A model generated the notes under the pieces. The model was not told where the DNA came from. It made no database searches and worked only from the letters and a program-made list of their open reading frames with translations. From a virus, in IMG/VR virus record IMGVR_UViG_3300047440_000580, positions 2,332-66,331 of that record: a stretch of 64,000 nt of DNA. One strand, given 5' to 3'. The position numbers and the translations under genes are program-made. Shown in pieces: positions 9,430-19,262 of this stretch; position 1 is the stretch's first letter; every line of letters begins with the position of its first letter.

Positions 9430-10369
9430 CGATGACCGCACGATCCTTCATCTTCTCCCAGTCGTGGTCCTCCCGGATCTCGTTGTTCCGGTCGATCACG
9501 GCGGTGAAGAGCTTCTCGGGAACGCCCTGCTGACGGCAGACGTTCCGGAGGTTGTTGATGTCCTTCGGGAAGCAATGGCCTCCCGCGCCCAGAGAACCGT
9601 CGTGACCGGGGACGTAGGTGTGACTCACCCCGATCCGGAAGTCCAGCGTCGCCAGGGTGCGGACCTCCTCGTAGTCGATGCCCATCTTCTGGCAGAGCTG
9701 GTACATCTCGTTGCAGAAGAGGACCTTCGTCATCAGGATGCCGTTGGTGAAGAGCTTCGCCATCTCGGCTTCCTTCGACTCGCAGCCGACGATGACGACC
9801 TGGTTCATGAGGATCTTCTCGTAGAGCCGAGCCTCGAAGAACTTGAAGGCGACGCGCCCGTCCTCCGTGTCACCACCCAGGAGGACGCGGTTCGTGTTCT
9901 CGAAGTCGGCCACCGAGTTCTTCTCCGTGAGGAACTCGGGAGAGAAGAGCAGCCTGATCGGCATCTTCTTCCGCATCTCGTCGGTGAAGCCCGGATAGAC
10001 CGTGCTCTTGACGACGACGACGAATGAGCTCGGGCTTCTTCCCTGACGCTCTGCCTCGTTCAAGATGTCCTTGAGCACCGACTCCACGATGCCCGTGTGG
10101 CAGGAGCCGTCCTTGCGCATCGGGGTGGGCACGCAGACGAAGATGATCTCCGCCTTCCCGACCACGTCGGCCAGGGTGTCCATCTCGGGCTTGGCCTTGT
10201 CGAAGACCTTGACGTCGAAGAGCTGCGCGGGGTTCCCCTTCTCGTCCGTCTTCCAGCGGAAGAACTGCTCGACGGCGCGCCCGACGTACCCATAGCCAAC
10301 CACTCCGACCGTTCCCTTGGTGGAATCGAACTTGGCTACGAAATCGGTAGCGTTGATGTCAATGCTCAT
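9422..10369 (-). CDS. UDP-glucose/GDP-mannose dehydrogenase family, short form
   Basis: GYGYVG, CVPTP, KSTVYPG, SPEFL, GAGGHCFPKD; C-terminal domain absent. Confidence 0.85.
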   Translation of the reverse strand: MSIDINATDFVAKFDSTKGTVGVVGYGYVGRAVEQFFRWKTDEKGNPAQLFDVKVFDKAKPEMDTLADVVGKAEIIFVCVPTPMRKDGSCHTGIVESVLKDILNEAERQGRSPSSFVVVVKSTVYPGFTDEMRKKMPIRLLFSPEFLTEKNSVADFENTNRVLLGGDTEDGRVAFKFFEARLYEKILMNQVVIVGCESKEAEMAKLFTNGILMTKVLFCNEMYQLCQKMGIDYEEVRTLATLDFRIGVSHTYVPGHDGSLGAGGHCFPKDINNLRNVCRQQGVPEKLFTAVIDRNNEIREDHDWEKMKDRAVIDE

Positions 10370-10371
10370 GC

Positions 10372-11397
10372 CTACTCTCCCTTGAACCTTTGATTGAATC
10401 TTTCCGCTTGGACCTGCCAGCTTTCCGAAACCGCCTGGTCCACCGCGTTCCTACAGATCTGAGAAGCCGCCGGGGTGCCGACCAGCTCTACTATCTTGTC
10501 GATCCATTGGTTGACAGGCCGCATGACGCCCGTCTCCATGTCTCTGACGTACTCTGAGGGGGTGCCCATGCCCGGTGGATAGAGGACCAGGCTGCCGGCG
10601 GCCTGCGCCTGGCGAGCGGCTCGTGAACTCGGCTCTTGGAAGGTCGACGAGTACGGCAGGATGCCCGTCTCATTGAAAAGCTTCCAGAGTTCCGGTCCGT
10701 TGCTCACGTTTCCGTGCCAGACGATCGACGGATGGACGATCGGGGACATGTTGGTGTAGTCCGGATGGCAGACGTGAAGCTTGAACCGACGGTCCCTGGC
10801 GTGCAGTTTCACGGCCAATTGCACCGCCCCGATCAGCCCGCGGCCCGGATCCGAGCTCCAGAGCATGGCGTGGGGGTCCTTGGAGGGCGACGGATGGTAG
10901 ATCTCCGGGTCCACGCCGAAGGTTAGCTCCGTTTCGATCAGGTTCAGGCACTGGGAAGGGTCCAGACCGAGCTCTACACCGACCTGGTTCGCGTGCCAGC
11001 CCTTGTAGCAGATGATCTTCTTCAGCTTCCCCGAAGAGAGAGCCGCCCGGACGTCCCGCTTCCAGTCTTCTGGGTAGGTGTGGTCACAGGTGTGGAGGAC
11101 ATTGATGGCGTCCTTGTGGTAGAGCTCCGGAAAGAACTTCCGCCAGTGTACCACCACGTCGTAGCGGTGATGGTCGTGGCCGCCCATGTAGCTCAGCTCG
11201 GCGTCGTTGCGGAACTTGCCGCCAGACAGAAACTCCTCGGAGGCTCCGATGTAGTTCGTGGTCGTGACCGTGACGTCGTTCCCACCAAGCTCCGCGTAGT
11301 AGAACGGGATCTCCAGGTGGTACTTGTTGAACATGCGGACGTAGCCAGCTCCGAGCTTCTGGTAGTCCCGCTTGACCCCGACGAACGCGATCTTCAC
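10372..11397 (-). CDS. glycosyltransferase, GT-B (GT4-like)
   Basis: WSSDPGRGL...YSSTFQEPSSRAARQAQAAG. Confidence 0.7.
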   Translation of the reverse strand: MKIAFVGVKRDYQKLGAGYVRMFNKYHLEIPFYYAELGGNDVTVTTTNYIGASEEFLSGGKFRNDAELSYMGGHDHHRYDVVVHWRKFFPELYHKDAINVLHTCDHTYPEDWKRDVRAALSSGKLKKIICYKGWHANQVGVELGLDPSQCLNLIETELTFGVDPEIYHPSPSKDPHAMLWSSDPGRGLIGAVQLAVKLHARDRRFKLHVCHPDYTNMSPIVHPSIVWHGNVSNGPELWKLFNETGILPYSSTFQEPSSRAARQAQAAGSLVLYPPGMGTPSEYVRDMETGVMRPVNQWIDKIVELVGTPAASQICRNAVDQAVSESWQVQAERFNQRFKGE

Positions 11398-11999
11398 TGG
11401 TCACCCCAGGTCAGTTCAGCCTTGGTGGCTCTGAGCTTGATGTTCCAGTTCGCCTGCTGGTGATCGTGTTCCAGGGCGTGGATGTTGGCGAAACCGTTCT
11501 TCTCCAGGAGCCTGCCCAACACCTCCTCGGTGAAGGCGGTGTAGTGCCAGTTCCCTTGGACGTCCTGCCCCCCATAGAGCCTATGGATGGCGGCGTCCTG
11601 GATGTCTGCGATGCTCTGGCCACACTTCGAGCACCCATGGCCGTCCGACCCCAGCATCCAGTTGCCACACCGGTTGCACTGGTAGTCCAGACCGTCGTCG
11701 TCCAGCACGGCGTAGGCGCAGTGTTGGAAGTCCGGCACCTGGATGTCCACCGTCCCGCCGGGAAGCAGGACTCGCCAGACTTCCTGCAGGATCTTCTCCG
11801 TCTGCTTGTACGGGAAGTGTTCGAGGAAGTCCAACATGAGGATCTCCTCGGCCGACTCATCCTCCCACGGCCAAGGCAGCTTGGACAGGTCCGTCAGCAG
11901 GAACCCGACGTCGGCCGGGATCCACTTCGGACCCAGGAAGTCAACATTGAGATATCCGGGCCGGAGGTCCGACCCGCATCCGAGATTGAGCTTCATCAC
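11394..11999 (-). CDS. class I SAM methyltransferase
   Basis: KLNLGCGSD..GYLNVD, FLEHFP, RVLLPGG. Confidence 0.85.
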   Translation of the reverse strand: MMKLNLGCGSDLRPGYLNVDFLGPKWIPADVGFLLTDLSKLPWPWEDESAEEILMLDFLEHFPYKQTEKILQEVWRVLLPGGTVDIQVPDFQHCAYAVLDDDGLDYQCNRCGNWMLGSDGHGCSKCGQSIADIQDAAIHRLYGGQDVQGNWHYTAFTEEVLGRLLEKNGFANIHALEHDHQQANWNIKLRATKAELTWGDQ

Positions 12000-12886
12000 A
12001 GGCTCCTGATGAAATCGACCATCTGCTGGGCGCGATGCTCCGGCTTGTGGCCGGCCATCATCTCACCGTAGAGGTCATGGGCCAGCTGCTGACGGTGGCC
12101 CGGGTCGGCGAGCAGGTAGCGGACCTGGTCCTGGAGGTCCTGCTCGCTGGAGAAGAACCAGAAGCTCTTGATCCCGTCTCGAGCAGTCTCGTTTGAAACG
12201 ACGTTCGACAGGACGCAGGAGCGTGTCATGCCCGCCTCGAAGTGTCGGCACTGGTAGCCGTAGCCGAAACCGAACTCCTGCCCCACGTCGGTCGCGTGGT
12301 TCAGGATGATCTTCGAGCGGTTGTACATCAGGTTCAGTTGCTCGATGTCGTAGATCGCACCGTGGAAGAAGGTGTGCACTCCCGGCATGTTGTTGACGAT
12401 CTGGCACATCCTGACCCGGCTCTTGTGGTTGGCACCTGGTGTCAGGCTTCCAATGAAGCAGACGTCGATGTCCTTCTCTACCTGAGGGAGCGGGCGGTAG
12501 AGCGTGTCATCTGCCGTCAGGAGCAAACGCTCCGCCTTCTTGTACCCGTACTCCCGGGCCAGCTGGGCGCCGTCTTCGTCGAACGTGAAGGCGAAGTCAC
12601 AGTACTTCCGCATGTCCAGCATCATCTGCTTGATGTGCGGGAAGCGAAGATCGTCGGGCTGGTAGACGATCTTCTTGCCCTTGGTGATGGCCAGGTCATG
12701 CCAGTAGCCCTGCATGGTCTTGAAGACCACCGTGGCGTCGGCGTCGTAGTCCCAGACCTGACCGGGCTGGCTGTCGTCGATGACATTCACCAGGTGCTCG
12801 CCGAGACGGTCGAAGCCTTTCTTGAAGGCGATCTCCGTCCCGAACGGGGCGTTCCTGATGAATGCTCCGACGAGGTTGATACGCAT
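11996..12886 (-). CDS. glycosyltransferase (CgeB/Glyco_trans_1_2-like)
   Basis: DIDVCFIGS, YNRSKIILN, RHFEAG, HKPEHRAQQM. Confidence 0.75.
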   Translation of the reverse strand: MRINLVGAFIRNAPFGTEIAFKKGFDRLGEHLVNVIDDSQPGQVWDYDADATVVFKTMQGYWHDLAITKGKKIVYQPDDLRFPHIKQMMLDMRKYCDFAFTFDEDGAQLAREYGYKKAERLLLTADDTLYRPLPQVEKDIDVCFIGSLTPGANHKSRVRMCQIVNNMPGVHTFFHGAIYDIEQLNLMYNRSKIILNHATDVGQEFGFGYGYQCRHFEAGMTRSCVLSNVVSNETARDGIKSFWFFSSEQDLQDQVRYLLADPGHRQQLAHDLYGEMMAGHKPEHRAQQMVDFIRSL

Positions 12887-13090
12887 CTACTCGTCCTGGG
12901 TGCTCACGTAGCCGAGGACCTTGAGGACGCGCTGGCTAAGCTTCTTGAACTGCTCATCGATCAGCGCGTCTTCCTTCTCGGTCCGACCCTCGTCACCCTC
13001 GACGGAGCCGATGTTGAGGACAGCGTCGACCAGGACTTCCTTCGCCAGATCCTTGGGAGAGCACTTCTCGCCCTTCTTGTTCTTGATCAT
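12887..13090 (-). CDS. hypothetical protein
   Basis: MIKNKKGEK..., 67 aa, RBS AAGGG. Confidence 0.55.
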   Translation of the reverse strand: MIKNKKGEKCSPKDLAKEVLVDAVLNIGSVEGDEGRTEKEDALIDEQFKKLSQRVLKVLGYVSTQDE

Positions 13091-13091
13091 T

Positions 13092-13463
13092 TCAGTTCCC
13101 CTTTTCGACTCGGTATGAGTCGGATTCTTCGTGCATGGTGCTGAACTCGAACAGGTCCGACTCCTCGATGGCGCCGATCTGGTGGACCAGACCACGGTCG
13201 ATGAGGATGGACTCACCCGGCAGGAGGTCGACGTAGTACGGCGCCCCCTTCTCCGGGTCAATCAGTTTCAGACGGACGTGTCCCTTCTGCAAGTACATCG
13301 TCTCCATCTTGTTCATGTGGAAGTGCAGGCTGCAGCACTTGTCCTTGTAGATGTGGAGGAGCTTGCCACAGTACTCCGGCTCGTTCTCGATCCAGAGCTC
13401 GTAGCCCCACCCGCGCTCGACGCGCTTGATGTCGGACGCGGTCCTCTTCTTTACTTCAGCCAT
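13092..13463 (-). CDS. cupin (mannose-6-P isomerase-like) protein
   Basis: RGWGYELWIEN..YCGKLL...CSLHFHMNKMETMY...VHQI. Confidence 0.8.
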   Translation of the reverse strand: MAEVKKRTASDIKRVERGWGYELWIENEPEYCGKLLHIYKDKCCSLHFHMNKMETMYLQKGHVRLKLIDPEKGAPYYVDLLPGESILIDRGLVHQIGAIEESDLFEFSTMHEESDSYRVEKGN

Positions 13464-14164
13464 GAGTCGATGTCCTCCTGGAATTGCTTGACCGCCTTGT
13501 CCGTCTGGGGATGGGCGATCACCTGCTTGATGATCGACAGGGAAGCCGTCACGATGTCCGCCCCGTTCAGCCAGCAGTCCTGCAGGTCTTCCGGCTTCCG
13601 GATGCTGCCACAGATGATACGGCAGTTTCGGTTCAGATCGTTGGCGAACAGGCTCAGCTCCATGTCGGCGTCCAGATCCCCGTCCTTCATCCGATTGTAG
13701 AAGAACGAGACGATGGGAGCGCCGGCATCGTGGGCCAGCTTCGCCTGAAGGGCTGTCATGGCCGCGGTGGCGTTCACCTTGACCCCGTCGTCGCCAAGTC
13801 TCGAGATCACCTCGAGTGACTCGAAGAGGATCGGGATCTTGACGTGCAGCTGCACCTTGTCGTACTTCCCGAGGGCGTCCCGAAGACGGTGCGCCTGATC
13901 GTACATCTCCTGGGGATCGAGGGTGATGACCTCGACCGAGAGGTGCTTCCTGGCCCGCGCACGAGTCTGGAAGACCTGGCAGACGTCGTCCAGTCGCTTG
14001 ACGTAGTGGTCCCACTTCTCCTTCGAGAAGCGAGGTTCCAGCGAGACGACCTTGGTCTCCTTGGCCATGAGTGACGGGTTGGTCGTCACACCGGCCACGG
14101 CGTCCGTCCGGACCGCGAGGGAGATGTCGTCCAGGTTCGCGCTGTCGAGGAAGAGCTCTTTCAT
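13451..14164 (-). CDS. tal: transaldolase (TalC/Fsa type)
   Basis: LFLDSAN, GVTTNPSL, HVKIP (Schiff-base Lys), VNAT, GSIRKP. Confidence 0.85.
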   Translation of the reverse strand: MKELFLDSANLDDISLAVRTDAVAGVTTNPSLMAKETKVVSLEPRFSKEKWDHYVKRLDDVCQVFQTRARARKHLSVEVITLDPQEMYDQAHRLRDALGKYDKVQLHVKIPILFESLEVISRLGDDGVKVNATAAMTALQAKLAHDAGAPIVSFFYNRMKDGDLDADMELSLFANDLNRNCRIICGSIRKPEDLQDCWLNGADIVTASLSIIKQVIAHPQTDKAVKQFQEDIDSWLK

Positions 14165-15081
14165 GGGCGCTCCTTGGGAACGATCGTCCCCTTATAAGTA
14201 GTGCTCAGGCCGGCCCACCTGTTGGCGAAGTCGAGGTCTTCCGACACGGCGTAGGCGGCCAGGAAAGCGTCCCCGGCCCCGCAGGTGTCCACGGCCCGGA
14301 CATCGTATGCTTCCGACTCGTGGTACTCGTCCGAGTCCTTGAACATGGTGGCCGAACCGTGGTGTCCCAGCTTCAGGGTGATCCCAGAGTGGAGGCGTTC
14401 CTTGGCCCGTTGGACACGGTCCACGATGCAGTCCACCTCACGGGGACGACCGACCACGGCCTCCAGCTCCTTGAGGTTCAGGAACATCATGTCGGCGCCG
14501 GCGTAGTTGCTGTGGTTGCTTTCCTTCTGGGAGACCTGGCTGTCCACGAAGAGCTTCCCGCCGTAGCGTTCCTTCTTCTGCCGGATGAGGTCCATCAGGC
14601 TGTAGTCCATCGTCCCGTGGCGGTTGTCGCAGACCACCACGGCGTCAGCCACGTTGCGGGCCTGGACATAGGCGTCGGCCATGATCTGCTTCAGGTCCTG
14701 GGAGTAGTACGCCTCGTTCCGAACGTCGTACTGCACCATCTTGTAGTCGTCGACGTAGAACCGACGCTTCTCCGTCCACTTCCATCCCTTGCCCACGATC
14801 GGGCTGTAGTCGAGCCGGTTGAGCTCGTCCTGGGTGGGGGCGTCAGTGGACTCCACCAGCCGGGTCCAGAGGCTCTCGTCGCCGCCGACAGTCAGGAGCC
14901 GGACGTTGGCACCCAACCTGAGGAGATGTCTGACGACGAGGGCCGCACCTCCGATGAAGCGTTCCGTTCGCTCGTAGTCGGCCACGATGGTCGGAGTCTC
15001 AGCGGAGACACCGAGCTTCTTTCCGTGGGTGTACTCGTCGAGGATCACGTCCCCGACCACCAGGATGTTCTTATTCGTCAC
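14161..15081 (-). CDS. HldE/RfaE-type sugar kinase (PfkB family), copy 2
   Basis: GTG start; ILVVGDVILDEY, GVSAETP, DTCGAGDAF. Confidence 0.8.
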   Translation of the reverse strand: MTNKNILVVGDVILDEYTHGKKLGVSAETPTIVADYERTERFIGGAALVVRHLLRLGANVRLLTVGGDESLWTRLVESTDAPTQDELNRLDYSPIVGKGWKWTEKRRFYVDDYKMVQYDVRNEAYYSQDLKQIMADAYVQARNVADAVVVCDNRHGTMDYSLMDLIRQKKERYGGKLFVDSQVSQKESNHSNYAGADMMFLNLKELEAVVGRPREVDCIVDRVQRAKERLHSGITLKLGHHGSATMFKDSDEYHESEAYDVRAVDTCGAGDAFLAAYAVSEDLDFANRWAGLSTTYKGTIVPKERP

Positions 15082-15520
15082 CGAGGTACCCCAGCTTCTC
15101 CACCCTGGCGATGTGACGGCCTTCCTCGAAGGCGGTCTCCAGGAAGGTGTGGATGAGCTCGTCCATGGAACCCAGGGGAGTGCGCCACTGGCCGAGGACG
15201 AGGACATTGCAGTCGTTGTGCTGGCGCATGAGCTCGGCCGTGGCGCGATCCGTCGCCAGGCCGGCGCGGATGGAACGGAACCGGTTGGCGGCGATCAGCA
15301 TGCCCGTCCCCGTACCGCAGATCAGGATGCCGGTGGCGTCGTCCTTCATGACGCCCTTGCACAGCTTCTCGGCGATGTCCGTGTAGTCGACCTTGTGCTC
15401 GTAGTCGTCCCCGTTGACGTCGCACACGCAGTAGCCAGCGGCCAGCAGGAGCTTCATGATGTAGCCCCGGGCCGCGTTCCCGTTGTGGTCTGAACCGAGG
15501 TAGATGGTGTTACTGTCCAT
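15071..15520 (-). CDS. rpiB: ribose-5-phosphate isomerase B family
   Basis: IYLGSDHNG, GILICGTGTGM.IAANRF, RQHNDCNVLVLG, FEEGRH..RV. Confidence 0.9.
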   Translation of the reverse strand: MDSNTIYLGSDHNGNAARGYIMKLLLAAGYCVCDVNGDDYEHKVDYTDIAEKLCKGVMKDDATGILICGTGTGMLIAANRFRSIRAGLATDRATAELMRQHNDCNVLVLGQWRTPLGSMDELIHTFLETAFEEGRHIARVEKLGYLGDE

Positions 15521-16154
15521 AGGTCGTGTTGTACCTTTTGTGCCAGGCCTTGACATCTTCGCCGTGCATCAGGCGACAGTTGCCACCGTTGAGGGTGTGG
15601 GCGATGTAGTTCTTCTGAGCGATGTTCTCCAAGGCGGCCGCCAGCTCCACAGCCTTGTTTGGAGTGTCGCCGAAGGTCAGGACACCGTGCTGGTAGAGCA
15701 GCACCGCCTTCTCATCCGGATCCAAGAGCAGCTCGTCTCCCCACCGGTCGATGTCCGGCCTTCCGGTCGTCCGGATGTCGTGACCGAAGTAGTCGGCATG
15801 CTCCGTGCACCTGACCTCGAGGTCCCTACCCGAGATGGCGTAGCCGACGGCGTAGGGCGAGTGGGTGTGGCAGATGGAGTGGACGTGAGGATATTTCCGA
15901 TAGATCGCCAGGTGATGGGGAAGGTCCACGGAGGGCTTCCGCTTGCCCATCAGGATCTCGCCGTCTGAGATCGCCACGCAGACGACGTCTTCGACCTGGA
16001 TCTGCTCGTACGGCATGCCGCTCGGCTTGATGCAGACGACTCCACCGGGAGCCAGCACGGAGAGGTTCCCGTGGGTGTCCCGGATCACGTCATTCATCTT
16101 GGCCATCCTGCGCAGCCCGCTGACGAGGGCCGCTACGAACACAGAGGTAGTCAC
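15510..16154 (-). CDS. class II aldolase / AraD-like epimerase
   Basis: GNLSV, IKPSG, PSVDLPHHLAIY, HTHSPYA, HGVLTFG. Confidence 0.85.
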   Translation of the reverse strand: MTTSVFVAALVSGLRRMAKMNDVIRDTHGNLSVLAPGGVVCIKPSGMPYEQIQVEDVVCVAISDGEILMGKRKPSVDLPHHLAIYRKYPHVHSICHTHSPYAVGYAISGRDLEVRCTEHADYFGHDIRTTGRPDIDRWGDELLLDPDEKAVLLYQHGVLTFGDTPNKAVELAAALENIAQKNYIAHTLNGGNCRLMHGEDVKAWHKRYNTTYGQ

Positions 16155-17056
16155 AGCAGCTCCTTGATCTTGGTAAATACTTCCTCCACCGTGATGGGGG
16201 TATCTATGCCCTCTACGACCCGATACTCCTGACACCAGGGATGTGCCTTGACGGAGGAGTTCCACATCTTGAAGATCCCCACGACCTTCTTGTCTTGGGC
16301 TGCCGCCACGTGCATCATGCCGGTGTCATTCCCGACGTACATGTGACAGGAGTTCACGACCTCTAGAGAATGGATCAGGTTCGTCGGGATGAGCTGGAGA
16401 CGGAGGTCGTCCACCATCTTCATGATCGGCATGATGGAAAGCTGGATGTCGGCCATGTCACCCGTGGTCACGATCTCGCAGTCTGGAATCTCCGCCAGGA
16501 TCCGCTTGCAGAGCTCAGCGTAGTTCTCATTCCCCCAGTGCTTCACCTTCCAGAATCCGGCGGCGTCCTTCTTGTACCCGACCCCGAGGTAGATCCTGAA
16601 CTTGGCGTTCGGGGGAGGGAGCCACTTCGGCATGAACGAGCAGTCCGGGGTCACGTGGTTGTAGCCCATGACCCGGGCGTTCTCCATCTGGTACTCGACC
16701 TCGTGCTTCTTCCAGGAAACAAGACCAGTGGTGGAGGGATCTGGTCTGGTCCTGCCGTCCATCATCTGGAAGGCGTGATAGTGGGTCCCGTTGTGCCAGC
16801 GGCCGTCGAAGGGGATCGACATGATCGCCATCTTGTACATCGGGTCTTCCACGGGTTGCGCCCGATCCACCCAGATGTTTTTGATGCAGCGGTAATGGGT
16901 CTTCAAGGACCGCAGCACTTCCAGGGCGCCGACGTCATCCCGTGTGCTGCCGACCAGGACGTCGAGCTCACAGCCGATGTGGTGGAGCGCCTTGATGGCC
17001 GGGACCGCCATGACGGCGTTTCCGAGCCCAAAGACCTTCCCGAAGAGGGTCCTCAC
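16151..17056 (-). CDS. GT9 (heptosyltransferase-like) glycosyltransferase
   Basis: GLGNAVMAVPAIKAL, KHWG.ENY, YVGNDTGMMHVAAA. Confidence 0.85.
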   Translation of the reverse strand: MRTLFGKVFGLGNAVMAVPAIKALHHIGCELDVLVGSTRDDVGALEVLRSLKTHYRCIKNIWVDRAQPVEDPMYKMAIMSIPFDGRWHNGTHYHAFQMMDGRTRPDPSTTGLVSWKKHEVEYQMENARVMGYNHVTPDCSFMPKWLPPPNAKFRIYLGVGYKKDAAGFWKVKHWGNENYAELCKRILAEIPDCEIVTTGDMADIQLSIMPIMKMVDDLRLQLIPTNLIHSLEVVNSCHMYVGNDTGMMHVAAAQDKKVVGIFKMWNSSVKAHPWCQEYRVVEGIDTPITVEEVFTKIKELL

Positions 17057-18096
17057 TTGAGCACCGCGTACATCTGGAGCATGCGAGCCCGAAGGGTGTG
17101 ATGAGCCATGGCGTGAGAGTGTCCCTGCCAGGCGATCCACTGGGCCCGCTTCTCCGACTCCAGGGCGAACTCGATCTGCTCGTCCAGCCGCTTCAGGTCC
17201 TTGAAGTAGAGACAGTGTCTCCGGTCGAGGAACGGTTCGATCTGGACGGCGCCGGAGTCCTGGGTCAGCATCAGGCTGCCGACGTAGGGGATCTCGTAGA
17301 ACCGCAGGGTCTTCCCGTTCTCGGCCGCTCCCCTGAGGTTGAGGCAGATCCGGGACTGGGCCATCACGTCGAAGTACACGTTCTTGCGGACGTAGGCCCG
17401 CATCGTGTTCGGCTCACGTTCCAGATCGATCTTCAGCCGGAGGTGTCCCCACTTCGAGAGGACGTGATCGATGATCCTGGCCCGATCGGGATGGCTGTTG
17501 TAGCCCTGAAAGGAGATGTCGTACTTCTTCTCCTGGGTCCGGTGCGGCGTCCAGTACTGGTCGAAATTGATGCACCAGTTGTAGACATGGGCCTTGGGGA
17601 TGCTGTCGTACTCCGGACGCCAGTTGTCGAGGAACATGGCCTCGAGCCTGGTGCCGTAGCGGGCGGCCACGAACTCGGGGCTCCTGTTCCAGAACCTGTC
17701 GTGACCGGCCACCACGACCACGGGGACATCGTAGAAGTTCGCCCGAAGCTTCATGTAGAGGGCGTAGGTCTCGTCCCGTTCGTCCAGGAAGATCCGCTTG
17801 ATGTTCCCCCGGCTCAGCTCGTCTCGGAGCTCTTCTTCAGAGTACATCGAGACCCGCTTGTTCTCGGGGGTGAACCCGAGCATCCCGCGCTCCCGTCCCC
17901 AGTCCTTCTCCGGATCTCCCGTGAAGGTGAGGTCCCACCGGTGCTTCCAGTGGTATGGGTGGTCGATGACCTTGGCCGGACCGAGCAGCTGCACATGTCC
18001 GGCGAACAACAGGTCCTGTCCCCAGTCGCTGCCCTCCCGGGCGTCGATGAGCAGGGTCTTCCGTTCGTTCTCGGGTAGCGGCAGCTTGGGGATCAT
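17053..18096 (-). CDS. glycosyltransferase (CgeB/Glyco_trans_1_2-like)
   Basis: YDISFQG, SRICLNLRGA...RFYEIP..GSLMLT. Confidence 0.75.
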   Translation of the reverse strand: MIPKLPLPENERKTLLIDAREGSDWGQDLLFAGHVQLLGPAKVIDHPYHWKHRWDLTFTGDPEKDWGRERGMLGFTPENKRVSMYSEEELRDELSRGNIKRIFLDERDETYALYMKLRANFYDVPVVVVAGHDRFWNRSPEFVAARYGTRLEAMFLDNWRPEYDSIPKAHVYNWCINFDQYWTPHRTQEKKYDISFQGYNSHPDRARIIDHVLSKWGHLRLKIDLEREPNTMRAYVRKNVYFDVMAQSRICLNLRGAAENGKTLRFYEIPYVGSLMLTQDSGAVQIEPFLDRRHCLYFKDLKRLDEQIEFALESEKRAQWIAWQGHSHAMAHHTLRARMLQMYAVLK

Positions 18097-18653
18097 TTTC
18101 CGACCAACGCGACCAGCTCCCCGGCATTCTCCTGGCCGGGATCGAAGAAGGTCTTGAGGGTCATCCCCAGCTCGAAGATGTGGTCCTTGGTCACGTAGTT
18201 CCGATGGACCTCGTTGGGGTTCCCGTCTTCTTCACCCTGCGGCCACGAGCCCCATGGGCAGCAGTAGACGAGCGCCTTGCCGGCGTAGTCCAGGAGCTTG
18301 GGGGTGCACTCCTTGAGCTCTTCCCAGGTCACGTGCTCGGGACCGTGGTCCCAGAAGATGACGTCCCAGAACCCCTTGACCAGAGCGGAACCCGGGTCAC
18401 GAGCGTCACCAGCGATGACGGAGTCTACCTGGTAGCGACCGTTCCAGACGGCGTGCTCCAGGTCCGAGATGTTCTTCGGGAAGATCTCCAGCACTCCCAG
18501 CGGACCTCCGAGCTGCTTTGCCATGTAGTCATGCCACCACGGCTTGCAGTCATGGCGCCAGCCGACGTAGAGCATCGACTTGCATCCCGCCTTCTGCAGG
18601 AGAGGGATGACATTTGATTCGAAAAAGTCGAACGCGACCTTGTTGTGGGGCAT
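18093..18653 (-). CDS. putative SAM methyltransferase
   Basis: MLYVGW, LEIF, DVIFWDHGPEH. Confidence 0.6.
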   Translation of the reverse strand: MPHNKVAFDFFESNVIPLLQKAGCKSMLYVGWRHDCKPWWHDYMAKQLGGPLGVLEIFPKNISDLEHAVWNGRYQVDSVIAGDARDPGSALVKGFWDVIFWDHGPEHVTWEELKECTPKLLDYAGKALVYCCPWGSWPQGEEDGNPNEVHRNYVTKDHIFELGMTLKTFFDPGQENAGELVALVGK

Positions 18654-19255
18654 CAGTCCTCCGTCTTCCTCAGAGCCGCGGTGTCCTGTAGCTCGTGTGG
18701 AGGGACGTAGAACCTGTCCACGATCTCCATGTTGCGTTCCTTGATGGCCTTCTCGTAGGCCTGCAGGATGCACTCCTCGTAGAGGTCATCGAAGATGATG
18801 TATCCGCCCTTCTTCACGAAGCGGTAGTAGAGATCGAAGTCTCCCCACACCGCCTCGAACGGATGATGGCAACCGTCGATGACGAGGATGTCGGCCTGTC
18901 GGCCGGCCAGGTGCCTCTCCACGCTCTCGATGACGTCTGGCCACATGGAGCACCCGACGACGAGCTCGATCGGAAAATCCTGTGTCCGACGCCTGAACAG
19001 GTTGATCTTGTCCTGGTTGGGGGAAAGATCCTGTACGACGTCCCCACGCTTCCGGCTGTCGATGTCCGGACGGTCGGCGACCATCGGATCGACGCAGATG
19101 ACCTTGGAGCAGAAACCGGCATAGCGCTGGGTTCCCTGCCCGTCGGCGCATCCGATCTCGATGACGAGAGGACGGCGCCTGTTCTCTTGGTTGCAGCGGG
19201 AGATGCACTCCATCACCATCCCACAGACCCTGCAATAGATGTTTGGTTCGATCAT
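18653..19255 (-). CDS. class I SAM methyltransferase (Methyltransf_24-like)
   Basis: VIEIGCADG, DILVIDGCH.FEAVWGDF, KKGGYIIFDD. Confidence 0.8.
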   Translation of the reverse strand: MIEPNIYCRVCGMVMECISRCNQENRRRPLVIEIGCADGQGTQRYAGFCSKVICVDPMVADRPDIDSRKRGDVVQDLSPNQDKINLFRRRTQDFPIELVVGCSMWPDVIESVERHLAGRQADILVIDGCHHPFEAVWGDFDLYYRFVKKGGYIIFDDLYEECILQAYEKAIKERNMEIVDRFYVPPHELQDTAALRKTED

Positions 19256-19262
19256 GTGTCCC

